Shown piece after piece: positions 35,691 to 46,625 of a stretch of DNA of 64,000 nt. The notes under the pieces were generated by a model. It saw nothing but the letters and a program-made list of their open reading frames with translations, had not been told where the DNA came from and ran no database searches. The translations under genes and the position numbers were made by a program. The DNA is taken from the NCBI GenBank assembly GCA_001643675.2, contig LSRY02000011.1, positions 1,364,001-1,428,000 of the forward strand, written 5' to 3'. The DNA comes from Monocercomonoides exilis PA203 (Eukaryota; Protista; Preaxostyla). How positions within the stretch are numbered: the stretch's first letter is position 1; the number at the start of each line of letters is the position of its first letter.

Positions 35691-38600
35691 GATCAAAGTG
35701 ATGTATAATATAATTATTGAATTCAGAAAAGTTTTAAAAAAGCAAAATATCATGCGAAATAGAAGCAATATAATTTTGATATTTGTTGCGTTTGCGTTGT
35801 TATTGCAGCGGAGGTGCATGTGCATTGATGCAACATTTTATAACGCAACTCCGAAAGAAAGAGAAAAAGAAAACGAAATTATTCCTGCACTTGAATGTGT
35901 TTCGCCACTCGATAGAGCAATCCATAAGAAACAACTTACAGAAAATGTACAGATAAATGAACTGCATGGAAGCACATGCAACGAAGGAATTGAGGGGGAA
36001 AACCAGATTTTTATGGAAAACAAGGAAATGCGAGCAAAAGAGAAGAATGACGATTGTTTCAAGGAGAAATATGATGGCCATGCAAACTCAGAATTTTTAG
36101 TAGCAGACGGAAAAAGGATCACAATTGGAGGAAGCGAGATCGTTGGATGTGCAATTTTGAAGAATTCGTCAGTGACTTGGAGAGGAATGGCGATGGCCTC
36201 TGGTGATAAAAATGCTTTTATTTGCGCTTGGGAAGGGAGTGTCGTTGCGATGGATGGGTGCAGCATGATTGTGGAAAGCGAGGCTTCGCCATTGGACTTG
36301 AAGGGAAGTTGTGCAACATTGGCGAATGTCTCTCTCAAAACTTCAAAAGCCCAATTCCCTCTAATTCCTCCTCTTTTTGCACCAAAGCCAATTGAAACGT
36401 ATTTGCCACGATTTGGAAGGATTTCGATTTGCTCTTCTCATTTTTCTTCAATGACATTATCCTCCTCACCATTTTTGTCCGCTCCTTTCGTTGAGAGCGT
36501 TTCTGTTTCGAGGCTGATCTTTTCCAACATTTCTATTTCCCCTTCGCTTCGAAGCTTTCCTTCAACGCCATATTGGGAAAGCACCACTTCGATAAATAAC
36601 TGCTTGTTTTCTTCAGTTTGCGATGCGTATGATGGAGGAATTGTCCGATCAATCAATTCACCTCTTTCATCAATTATTGTATCTAACGCCTCGTTTGTTG
36701 GGTGTTGCCGGACAAAAAATGTTAATATTACTGGAACTACAGAGGTTCCATTAAAGCCTGGAAGACAGAACATAACGGATAATGGAACAAATACATTCAC
36801 TTGGTGTGAATGGAACGGATCAAAAACAACTGGATCAGGGCGTGATTACACTGATTGCACTTCAAATGGTGGAGCAATTTTCATGAACAATCTGGAGAGT
36901 GGAGAACTTTCAGTAAGTCATTGTTCATTCAATGATTGTTATGCTAATTTTTCAGGAGGCGGAATCATGTGCCATTCAATCAAATCAATTGAGATTGAGA
37001 ACAATACATTCAACTCATGCACTACAAAAAATAATGCTGGAGGAGGAATTTATGTTTATGTAATTTCATCATGCGTTAGAATTAGTGGATGTGAGTTCCA
37101 TGAATGCAAGTCATACAGCCATGGAGGAGGACTTTTTCTCGATTCTTTTAATGTTTTTGATCAAGGATGCATTAGGGAAGAAAATGGAGGAGGGGAAAGT
37201 GCGTGTGTGTTTGACTGTAGTTTCACTTCATGCTCAATAACAGATAGATATGGTGGAGGTATGCTTTGTAGACGTGTTTCTGCTAAGGAATTCAAAATCA
37301 GGAGCGTTCAGTTTATCTTTTGTTCTGCAGGCTCTCACGGTGGAGGATTCTGCTTAGCTCCTTGGAGAGATGTAGTGCCTCATGATAAACTGTATTGTTT
37401 CTTCCTTTTCTTTCACGACTGTAGATGCTCGAAAATTCCATCGTTTGGAGATGACATATACTTTGAAGATTATTACAGCCTCTTTTTAAAATCGGGAAAT
37501 CCGTTTAAAGAATGCTATACAACTAATACAGCCAATAGAAGAATATGCTTCGCATTTAATAATTCAAATGATATTTGGTCATATCAGCATACAGAAAAGA
37601 GTGAATGGCTGAAAAATGGGATTCTTTATAGGCTTGTGACAGCAGATGGAGGCAGTACAAACGAGTTGTGCGGAATAAATGAATCAAACGCATGCAAAAG
37701 CATTGGCGTTGCAGTTTCTCAGAACGCGACACAGACAAGCTTGTTTGTTTCACTGATGGAAGGGAACCATGGAAATGAACAAGAAACGATCAGCGTGGGA
37801 AATAAAATGAATGTTGAAGGAAAAGGAAAAGAAACAAGCGTGATTGGGACGAATTCGCTTTCTTTGTCTTCAACAGCATTGTTCAGCGTGACAAGCGGGC
37901 GACTGAAGGTGTTGCATGTGGGGATTGATCACAATGCGACAAGAAGTTCATCGCCGAGTGTGTTTGTGATGTCTGGAGATAGCGGAGAACTTTCTTTGGA
38001 AGATGTGGTGATTTTTTCATCAACGGCAGAAGGAGGGAGTGCAATATCAGCATCAGTATTTGTGGTGGCTCTAAGGCAACTGAAAATGAGTGATGTTGAG
38101 ATAAAAAATATGGTTGTGACCCAACCTCTATTTTCTGAGCTGTTCATGGAAGGATCAGCATCAGGAGAAAGTGTTCTTTCAAGTGTAACAGTTCGGAATG
38201 TGAATCGGACAGGAGGAAATGGAGTGGTGATGACTAAGAGTGTGCAGGAAGGAGAGACATTTGTGGTGCAGAATATATCAATTGAAAATTGTTTGTGCGA
38301 GGAAGGGAGCGGGGGAGGAATTTGTATTTGTTTAGCAGGTGACGGGGAAGTTGTGGTGAATGGAGCATGTGCGATTGATGGATGTGAGGCAGTAAATGTT
38401 GAAGGAAAAGGAGGAAGAGGAGGAGGATTATTTGTTGAGATGGAAAGTGAGGGATGCGGATTGAGAATTGGATCAGAAGTGCAGTTTTCTGAAAACAAAT
38501 CAAATGAAGCAGAATTTGGGAAGGATGTGTTTATTTCATGCAGTTCAGGGATATTGCTAGAGTCAAAAGTGAATGCAACTTCATTTGAATTTTTTGACTC

Positions 38601-41600
38601 AACAAGCACTCCTTCAGATGTGTTGAGGTTGAGTGGAAGCGAGGATGGGAAAGAAGACGAAGTGATTCCTCTATTTGTGTATTTGTGCTCAATTGGATCG
38701 AAATTGATTGTTGATGGAAGTGAAGAAGGTTCATTGAATCACGGTTATTGTGGGTTTGAGAAGTTTGGATGTCTGACGATTGACTATTGCGCGAACAATC
38801 GTGTTGACAGCAGCATTCACGAAATAGAAGTTGTCTCATCTTCTTCAATAAAAGGAGAAATGCAAGTGACTTCGTTTGAGGTGAGTATTTCAGGAAAAGC
38901 AACATCGGTGAAAGAAGAGGGGATGAGAGTGAATGTGAGTGATGAAGGATCAATGAATCAAAACTGGATGATAGAGTGCATTAAATCACTTGAAATGAGT
39001 AATTTGTTATTTGTGTTGAATGAAAATATGAATGGAAGGAGAAGTTCATTTATTCACTCCTCATCATCGACAATCACAATCACCAGCTGTTCTGTCTCAT
39101 TTACAGACAATTTATTAATTGATGGAATGATTAGATTTAATGTGATTAATATTGAGGGAGGAACTCTGATTGTTGATGGATTTGTGATTGAAGGACCAGT
39201 GACAATGAATGGGAAATCACCAATAACGATGACAAATGGAGTGAAATTGGAGATATTGAACAGCAGAGTTAGTGAAGTGGAAGTGACATGTGGGAATGGA
39301 GGAGGATGCTTGAATGTTGAGATTAAAGAAGGAGGAAGTACAAAAATTGAAGGATGCAATTTGTCATCAGTGTGTTCAGGTGGAAATGGGATAAAAGGAG
39401 GAGGAATTATGATATCAGTGGGGAATGGAGGGAGTCTGGAAATGAAAAATGTGAACTTGTCTGAATGTGAAGTGCCAAGAGAGGATGTTGAGGAAGGAGG
39501 AAAAGGAATGGGAGGAGGGATGTTTGTGAAGCTGCCAGATCAAATGGGATCCTTTGTGATAGAAGGAATGACATTTGAGGGGTGCAATGCCTGGAAAGGG
39601 AAGAATGCATTTGTTTCAGAATGGGACCTGAGTGAGATTGTGAATAAGGAGCACTTGAAATGGGAGATGAGTTCAGAGGAGTTGGGATCGTTGGATGAGT
39701 TGTGTGGATGGGAGAGGAAGACAACAGGAGAGGAGGGATATGTGATTCCACTTGTTGTGTATTTGTGGGATAATTGGAGTGGGGATGGATTTGTTTCAGT
39801 TGAGAAAGGAGGAGACTTCAGTGGGTGTGGGTATTCAGAAGCACCATGTTCTTCAATTGATCATCTTGTTTCATTGAGATACGCAACACTTGAAACAGAA
39901 GAATCAAAGATCATTGTGTCAGGTTCAGGATTGCTTCGAAGTTCAATATCATTTTCTTCTTCATCATCATCATCATCAAACACACCAGTTGTGAAGGTTG
40001 AAGGAGAAGAGAAAGGAAGAATTTTGAGAGTGAGTGAAATGGATGCGGAAGGAGATGAAGAGTCAATGATAGCATCAGATATTCATCTTTCGTTTGAAAA
40101 CTTATCATTCAATTTGCCGAGTGAATTGGGGAAGCATTCGTCACTCATTCGTTCAGAGTCATCACGATCCTCCTCAGCAACACTATCAATAATGAGCTGT
40201 TCGTTTGCTTGTGAAGATAAAGAACAAAAGACGAAATATTGTATTTTGAAGGCATGCAGAGGATGTATTGTGATTGATGATTGTGCTCTGAAAGAATTCA
40301 ATCTTGCAAAAGGGTTTTTGGAGTTTACACAAGAAGTGGAAGTGATTGATGTGGTGAATGTCACAATAACGAACACAACTATTTCTGGAAGAAGTTTGAT
40401 TTCTCTGGAAGAGAAAACACAATCAAACAGGCTGAGTGAAAGAGGAATAAGAAACACAAAGACAATGATAAGGATGAATAACTCAACATTCACAAACATC
40501 ACAAGTGAGGAGAATAGAGTGTGTGTTGTGTGTGTGGACTCGTTCTCTATTGGTGTTGAATGTGTTATGGAAGGGTGTGTGCTTACGAAGTGCTCGAGCA
40601 TGAGGAGTGAGGAAGGTGGAGGAGTGAAGATGTGTCTAAAGAGTGGAGAATCAGACCTGAAAGTGAGTGGATGCTCGTTTGTGATGTGTGAGTGTTCAAC
40701 AGGATTTGGAAGAGGTGGAGGGATGATGATTGACGCACTTGACCCGAATGTTGAAGCAAATCCCCCAACTGTACCACCACTTCGACTGAAGATGGAGAAC
40801 ATCCGATTTGTGATGAATGATGCATTTGTGGGGAAGGATGTGTTCATCAACTGCTTTTCAATTGCAGAGCAGGTGAATGAAACACTGTTTGTGCTGGACT
40901 TCAATCAAGATGCTTTGAAGTCGAACAACTCAATATGTGGGAGGGATGATGTCGATAATGTTGATGTTGATCTTATTCCACTGATAACATTTTATTACTC
41001 TTCCCAGGTGTTTTTGAGTGTGAATGGAAATGACAACAGACAGTGTGGAGCGCAGAGTAATCCGTGTCAGAGCATCAGCTGCAGCGTGAAGCACATCGAA
41101 AAGAATCTTATGAATGTGTTGTGGATCGATGGAGAATGCGTGATAGGAGGTGAATGCGAAATTGGAGATGTGAGAATGAATTCAATGACGAAAGCTTCGG
41201 CAACAATTAATTTCAACGAAAAAATTGAAGAAACTGGGAATGAAAGGAGTGTGGCTGTGTTTGTGAATGAGTGTATTATTGAGAAATGCAGATTTGTGTT
41301 TGGGGAGATGTTTGAAGGGAATCAGGAGAGCATTCTGAAAGAGAAGAATGGGAGATTGGAGATTTCAGAGTGCATTTTTAGCTCGTTAGCAATGGATCTT
41401 GTGATGAAGAACACGATTGTGAGCGTGGAGAGTGGAGAGCTGAAGATGAGCGAAACCTCATTCAGTGGGATTCGCTCAACAGTGTCTCTTCTGTCGTTTT
41501 GCAGTGAAGGAAGAGTTGAGATGTTTGAAATAAGCATTTCAAACATTGAATGTGAAGGAGATATGATTTGTGTTGGAGGAAAGGCAGAGGTGGAGATGAA

Positions 41601-44600
41601 AGAAATTACAGCCAATAATATTTCATTGATGAAAGGAGGAAGTACAATGAAGATAGAAGGAGCAGAAGAAGATGTGAGTGTTCTGAATTGCTCGTTTGAA
41701 AAATGCACAAATTCGAAGGATAAAGGAAGCATGGTCCAGATAAGAGAAGGCAGAGCAGTGAGGATTGAGGCATGTGTATTTGATGGAGAAGGGAATGGCG
41801 AAGGGAGAGTAAAAACAAATGGGAAAATGAACAGGAAAGAGATCTGTGGATGGAATGGATCATTGATTGATGCTGAAAACAGCTATGTGGAGATGAGGGA
41901 AACAACAATCAAAAACAGCAAAGCAGGCGGGTTGTGGATGAGTGGAGGGAATGTGAAGATTGAGAAAGGAGAGTTTGAGAACAATAATCCATCGGTTGAG
42001 GGATATCCATCAGTTCGAAGGAATGTGATCTGCACAGGGAATGGGGAATTTGATGTTGTGAGTGTGAAAGGAGGAGATGGATTGAAGGATAACACATCAC
42101 TTTGGATATTGGATGAGGGATGTCAATTGGGAGGGATAGCAGCTGAAAGAGCATCTCCCTTCTTTATTCCTGTTCTTGAAGATGTGAAGAATACAACCCA
42201 GCCATCAGGTGAATTGGAGTTGATCATTCATGGAAAGCTGCTTCTGCCATGTGATTTGTCTGTGAAAATAAGCATGAAAAATGGAGATGAAGAGGAAATC
42301 GTGAGAAAGGGAATTGATGAAGAAGGCTATGTGTCAGAGAATGAGATCCATTCAATTATTTCATGTTCAGAATTGGAGAAAGTGAGAGATGAGACAGAAG
42401 TGAGCGTGTGCATTCTGTTTGGAAAAGTTGATTCTCCTTCATCAACTGAGTCTTTCATTCTGAAAAATGGAAGCGAAACACATTCAAGTGGAGATGAAAA
42501 ACTTGTTGAAGGAGGGAAAGTGGGGAAATCGTATTGGTTGTTGATTGTTTGCATTGTGATTGTTGTTGTACTGCTTGTAGTCATTATTATTCTGGCAGTT
42601 CGATGGAGAAGGGCAAAGAATGAAGCTCAAGATTTGAGAGAGATAGTGAACGATTCAGTGAGAAAGGATCCAAAGTTAATCGAGATGGTAACGATGGAGA
42701 TGTCACCTGAGGAGCAGTGGAGGAGAGCAGAAAGAGAGGCAGAGAAGAAAAATGAAGAGAGGATAAAGAAGAGGGTGTATGAGACGAATATGGAACATTC
42801 AGAGTCTTCAGAGCATTTGCTGGCTGAGAGTGGATCAACTGAATATATATTGGGGAGAGATTCAGACAAGATTCCTCAATGGGTGCTGGAGAAAGTGGAT
42901 GAAGAGGAGGAGACGAGAAAGAGAACACCATCTCCATCGGTCACATCCACTTCAACAACTGACTCAGATTCAACTTTTGTTCGAGGGGAGGATCTGTGCC
43001 CAACCACCTCGTCCATGTCCAATCTGGTGGATGCCATGGCCTGTTCATCTCCTCATGAGAAGCTGATTGTGGATCTGAGGGATTCTCTGTTCATGCTGCT
43101 TCATGGAAGGAATGCGAAGAAGGAGATGGCAATTGGAAGTTTGCAGGAGAGGGAGGTGACAGCTGCCCAGGTCTTGTTCTGGGTGGCGAACGGTGCACTC
43201 CACTCATTTGATGAAGAAAAAGAATTGCCTTCGCTGGCTAATCTGAGCCCACACATTGTGTTGTTCTCCGAGCATATGGTGATCTGCATTGTGATGCATT
43301 CAGACTTATTGTCTGATGATGATTCAGATTCCTCATCTATTTCTTCATCAACAGTTATAACATCAGCAAGTGATGATGGTGATGATGAAAGCGACTCTCT
43401 GCCCTCATCAGCATTTGAGGAAGAAGATAGTTTCAAAAAAGAGTGTTTGAGATGGAAGGCACCTGAGCTGCAGATGAACAAGAAGATGGAAGCAACAAAG
43501 GAATCGGTGGCATTCTCGATTGGGATGATGCTGTGGGAGTGTTTGTCTCTCAAAATACCATTTGGAGAGTATGATGCGGAGATAGCTGGACAGAAGATAT
43601 CCAATGGAGAAAGGCCAAGCTTGGAAAGTGTAAGCGAATCGAGGCTTCACAATCTGGTGTTGAGTTGCTTGTCGCAGAAAGTGGAAAGCAGGCCAACGCT
43701 TCTGGATGTGAAGAAGGAACTGTTTGGGATGTATGGAAAAGGCGGATGGGTGATGACGATGACAGATGCAATGGATGTTGTGCCAGTCAGAATCAATAAT
43801 GGAAGTGGAAGAATGGAAGGAAGTGAGGTTTCAAAAGAAATTTTGCTTGTTGAGGAGAAAAAAGAATGAATGATTTGAGAAACGTGGGGATGTGTTGTGT
43901 GAAATATTATTCGATAAGCAAAGACGTAAACAAAGAATAAAAATGAGAACAAACACGAAAAACAAAGAGTGAAAAAGTGATAATATTAAACAAGTGCAAG
44001 AGAACAATCAAGAAACATACGTGAATAGAAACACTGTAAAAACAAGCAGAAATTACTTTTGAAAGGCGATCGGAGAAGAAAATAGAAGAGAAACGTGGTT
44101 TTTGAATCACAAATTGTGTGTGAAGGGAAAAACTTTTTTTTTTTGAAAAAGTGGAAATGAAAGATTTTTTTCATTCAAATGTATTTTTCTGTTCGTTTTT
44201 TTTGAATGTGTTTAATAGTTAAGTTTTCGTTTCAATTTTTGAACTCTTTTTTCGTGAAAGATTATCTTTAAAGAATCTTTTATTTGATTGCAACTTACGT
44301 TTCAAATGAATGTTCCTTGTGTTTTTGTTTTTTATAGCACCTTAAAGCATCCATATATATGTATATATTTACCACTCTTTTGTCAAATGTTTTTCAAATG
44401 TTTCTTTCTGCTCTTTTTGTCATATTTTAACTCCTTTACAAATCAAATTGTTTAATGTTCATGCACAAATCAATTTTTCCGTTAATTTTCTCAGCAACAT
44501 ATTTATTTATTTTGTTTTTATTAAATCTTCTTCTTTATTAAAATTAGAGGATTTTTTGAATTCTTGTTCTTCAAATGTTAATTTTGTTTGACGTTTTTTA

Positions 44601-45700
44601 TAGTCAGCAGAAATCACTTCATTTTTTTCAATTATAATCAGACAAACACAGTTTGCAATTCAAAAAATATGTTTTGTTTGAGAAAAATGAAAATTGATTA
44701 ATAAATGAATTCTTGCGTTCTGAAAAATATTTTTTTTTTCAGTTTATTGTTCAATGAACAAGTTGTTTCAACAAACTGCAGAATGTGGAGAAAAATCTTT
44801 GGTTAGATGGTTCATAGCGACTGGTGCAAAAATAGTCTTTAAGAAGAATATTTGACCTTAAAAAACTAACTTTTACGAACGTTAAAAACTCTCAAAAAGA
44901 GAAATATTCGACAAAAAACTGAAATTTTTCAGTATTAAAAAGGCAGAAGTTAATAAAAGCTTATGATCAAACCCCTAAGATAAATAAGAGAGAATGTATC
45001 TTTAAGGTTTTTCGTTTAGAAAAAGATGGTTTATCCCTTGTCAATGTGTTTCTAATGGTTTTGTTTAACGAAAACTTTTCGTTTATTCAACTGATTCGGG
45101 TTTTTTTATTTAAAGTGGGGAAACTTTCAAAATAAAAATTTATATTGGATTTTAAAGATAGGTTTTCTCAGTTCAAAATCACTGTTATACGAAAACCACT
45201 TTAGAAAAATCATAATTGCATTCATTGGTGATAGTATAAATAAATAACAACATGAAAAATAACTTTATTTACCGGTCGTTATCTGCCCACTTACCAAATC
45301 TTTGGATTTTGAATTTGAAATTGTTCCTTTTCATTTTTTTTGCTTTGAATTTTCAACTTTTCATTGAAAACAACAATCAAAGAATCAACAGACCATTTGT
45401 GTGGGAAGCTGCGTTTTTCTTTTATTATTCAGTTTTTTGGGTCTCTTTTTGATAAAGAATAGTGATTGCGAATTTAAAAGTTGAAAAGATCACTATTGAA
45501 AAGAACTGTTGAGTTTCGGAGAGTGCGTTAAGTGATGAAATTTTTATAAATGATATTATTTTCTTGACAGAAGTTTATTGGGACGAATGAGAATAACCTT
45601 CACATTCTTTGATGAGAAAGATATTTGAATATCATGTTGAATATGTGTTATTCTTTTTGAAAAGTCGCAAATTAATAAATTTCAAAAGAAATAATATTTT
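35691..45700. repeat. Right arm of the ~10-kb inverted duplication
   Basis: See 3400-13535. Confidence 0.9.
35701..43869 (+). CDS. Paralogue of the giant beta-helix/TM/pseudokinase receptor; true start probably 35701 or 35752 rather than 35635
   Basis: Largely identical to 5353-13527. The track's ATG at 35635 lies inside the transposon that ends at 35677. TM is WLLIVCIVIVVVLLVVIIILAV. Confidence 0.9.
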   Translation: MYNIIIEFRKVLKKQNIMRNRSNIILIFVAFALLLQRRCMCIDATFYNATPKEREKENEIIPALECVSPLDRAIHKKQLTENVQINELHGSTCNEGIEGENQIFMENKEMRAKEKNDDCFKEKYDGHANSEFLVADGKRITIGGSEIVGCAILKNSSVTWRGMAMASGDKNAFICAWEGSVVAMDGCSMIVESEASPLDLKGSCATLANVSLKTSKAQFPLIPPLFAPKPIETYLPRFGRISICSSHFSSMTLSSSPFLSAPFVESVSVSRLIFSNISISPSLRSFPSTPYWESTTSINNCLFSSVCDAYDGGIVRSINSPLSSIIVSNASFVGCCRTKNVNITGTTEVPLKPGRQNITDNGTNTFTWCEWNGSKTTGSGRDYTDCTSNGGAIFMNNLESGELSVSHCSFNDCYANFSGGGIMCHSIKSIEIENNTFNSCTTKNNAGGGIYVYVISSCVRISGCEFHECKSYSHGGGLFLDSFNVFDQGCIREENGGGESACVFDCSFTSCSITDRYGGGMLCRRVSAKEFKIRSVQFIFCSAGSHGGGFCLAPWRDVVPHDKLYCFFLFFHDCRCSKIPSFGDDIYFEDYYSLFLKSGNPFKECYTTNTANRRICFAFNNSNDIWSYQHTEKSEWLKNGILYRLVTADGGSTNELCGINESNACKSIGVAVSQNATQTSLFVSLMEGNHGNEQETISVGNKMNVEGKGKETSVIGTNSLSLSSTALFSVTSGRLKVLHVGIDHNATRSSSPSVFVMSGDSGELSLEDVVIFSSTAEGGSAISASVFVVALRQLKMSDVEIKNMVVTQPLFSELFMEGSASGESVLSSVTVRNVNRTGGNGVVMTKSVQEGETFVVQNISIENCLCEEGSGGGICICLAGDGEVVVNGACAIDGCEAVNVEGKGGRGGGLFVEMESEGCGLRIGSEVQFSENKSNEAEFGKDVFISCSSGILLESKVNATSFEFFDSTSTPSDVLRLSGSEDGKEDEVIPLFVYLCSIGSKLIVDGSEEGSLNHGYCGFEKFGCLTIDYCANNRVDSSIHEIEVVSSSSIKGEMQVTSFEVSISGKATSVKEEGMRVNVSDEGSMNQNWMIECIKSLEMSNLLFVLNENMNGRRSSFIHSSSSTITITSCSVSFTDNLLIDGMIRFNVINIEGGTLIVDGFVIEGPVTMNGKSPITMTNGVKLEILNSRVSEVEVTCGNGGGCLNVEIKEGGSTKIEGCNLSSVCSGGNGIKGGGIMISVGNGGSLEMKNVNLSECEVPREDVEEGGKGMGGGMFVKLPDQMGSFVIEGMTFEGCNAWKGKNAFVSEWDLSEIVNKEHLKWEMSSEELGSLDELCGWERKTTGEEGYVIPLVVYLWDNWSGDGFVSVEKGGDFSGCGYSEAPCSSIDHLVSLRYATLETEESKIIVSGSGLLRSSISFSSSSSSSSNTPVVKVEGEEKGRILRVSEMDAEGDEESMIASDIHLSFENLSFNLPSELGKHSSLIRSESSRSSSATLSIMSCSFACEDKEQKTKYCILKACRGCIVIDDCALKEFNLAKGFLEFTQEVEVIDVVNVTITNTTISGRSLISLEEKTQSNRLSERGIRNTKTMIRMNNSTFTNITSEENRVCVVCVDSFSIGVECVMEGCVLTKCSSMRSEEGGGVKMCLKSGESDLKVSGCSFVMCECSTGFGRGGGMMIDALDPNVEANPPTVPPLRLKMENIRFVMNDAFVGKDVFINCFSIAEQVNETLFVLDFNQDALKSNNSICGRDDVDNVDVDLIPLITFYYSSQVFLSVNGNDNRQCGAQSNPCQSISCSVKHIEKNLMNVLWIDGECVIGGECEIGDVRMNSMTKASATINFNEKIEETGNERSVAVFVNECIIEKCRFVFGEMFEGNQESILKEKNGRLEISECIFSSLAMDLVMKNTIVSVESGELKMSETSFSGIRSTVSLLSFCSEGRVEMFEISISNIECEGDMICVGGKAEVEMKEITANNISLMKGGSTMKIEGAEEDVSVLNCSFEKCTNSKDKGSMVQIREGRAVRIEACVFDGEGNGEGRVKTNGKMNRKEICGWNGSLIDAENSYVEMRETTIKNSKAGGLWMSGGNVKIEKGEFENNNPSVEGYPSVRRNVICTGNGEFDVVSVKGGDGLKDNTSLWILDEGCQLGGIAAERASPFFIPVLEDVKNTTQPSGELELIIHGKLLLPCDLSVKISMKNGDEEEIVRKGIDEEGYVSENEIHSIISCSELEKVRDETEVSVCILFGKVDSPSSTESFILKNGSETHSSGDEKLVEGGKVGKSYWLLIVCIVIVVVLLVVIIILAVRWRRAKNEAQDLREIVNDSVRKDPKLIEMVTMEMSPEEQWRRAEREAEKKNEERIKKRVYETNMEHSESSEHLLAESGSTEYILGRDSDKIPQWVLEKVDEEEETRKRTPSPSVTSTSTTDSDSTFVRGEDLCPTTSSMSNLVDAMACSSPHEKLIVDLRDSLFMLLHGRNAKKEMAIGSLQEREVTAAQVLFWVANGALHSFDEEKELPSLANLSPHIVLFSEHMVICIVMHSDLLSDDDSDSSSISSSTVITSASDDGDDESDSLPSSAFEEEDSFKKECLRWKAPELQMNKKMEATKESVAFSIGMMLWECLSLKIPFGEYDAEIAGQKISNGERPSLESVSESRLHNLVLSCLSQKVESRPTLLDVKKELFGMYGKGGWVMTMTDAMDVVPVRINNGSGRMEGSEVSKEILLVEEKKE

Positions 45701-46080
45701 CGTATTTTGACAAAATTCCTGGTTCCATTCACGAAACTTCACAAAAATGGAAATAAATATATTGATAATGTTATTATATACTTTTTAGTTAAAGTTTTCT
45801 TATACGGAAACAGAGATTTGATCATAATATGATATTTTTTTCAGATAAAAAATTTTCAAAAGATTATTTTCTCAAAAAATATTCCACACATGTGATTGTA
45901 TTTGAAATCGTCACTTTTTTCATGTGGATAATTATTTATTTGATTTATGAAAAAAAAAATACTTCTATTCGCGGAATGTGGATTTCATTTTGATTGAATA
46001 ACAGTTCAATGTTTGATGAAAAAGCGAGAGAGAGTTGTTTTATTGTTAAAGTTATCACTTTTCTGCGTTCATTTTCTAAT

Positions 46081-46146
46081 ATTCAAAAATTCAAAAATTC
46101 AAAAATTCAAAAATTCAAAAATTCAAAAATTCAAAAATTCAAAAAA
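46081..46146 (+). repeat. (ATTCAAAA)8 tandem octamer
   Basis: Directly visible. Confidence 0.9.
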
Positions 46147-46229
46147 ATAAATAAATAAATAAATAAATAAAAAGAAAGAAAGAAATAATAAAAGATAAAA
46201 CGGAAATGAGTGAAAAATTATAAAAATTA

Positions 46230-46625
46230 CAAATATCGTTAAAATTTCAACAACAAATATTATTTTTAGCTTTCTTTGATTTTTGTGGATTTTTTGAAGT
46301 TTTGAAATTGTTTCACCTTTCAACTTTGAATGAAAGATTTTCGATTCATAATAATTATTGATGTAATTGGTGAATAGAACTCACATAAAACTTGAACGTT
46401 ATCATTAAAATAAAACCTCATTGCTTTATAAAAACAAATAAAATCCGTCATGTGATAAAAGAGATAAAAGAAAAAAATAAAAATGAAAAATTCTGTTTTT
46501 TTAGTTCCACAACAGTGTGTCATTAAATGAATTTTAAATGTGATTTTTTATTTAAGATTTTTTCATATGGTTTGTTTTTGAAAAAGTAACACAAAAGACA
46601 TTGAGAGCAGAAAAAACTTTTTGAG
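46230..46625. repeat. Inverted copy of the tRNA-Leu upstream flank, with no tRNA following
   Basis: Matches the reverse complement of 20392-20787 and breaks 4 nt before the point where the tRNA would start. Confidence 0.9.

Noticed and set aside
46081-46146. Tandem repeats as a CRISPR or telomeric array
   Set aside because: No spacers, not a G-rich telomeric unit; simple microsatellite.
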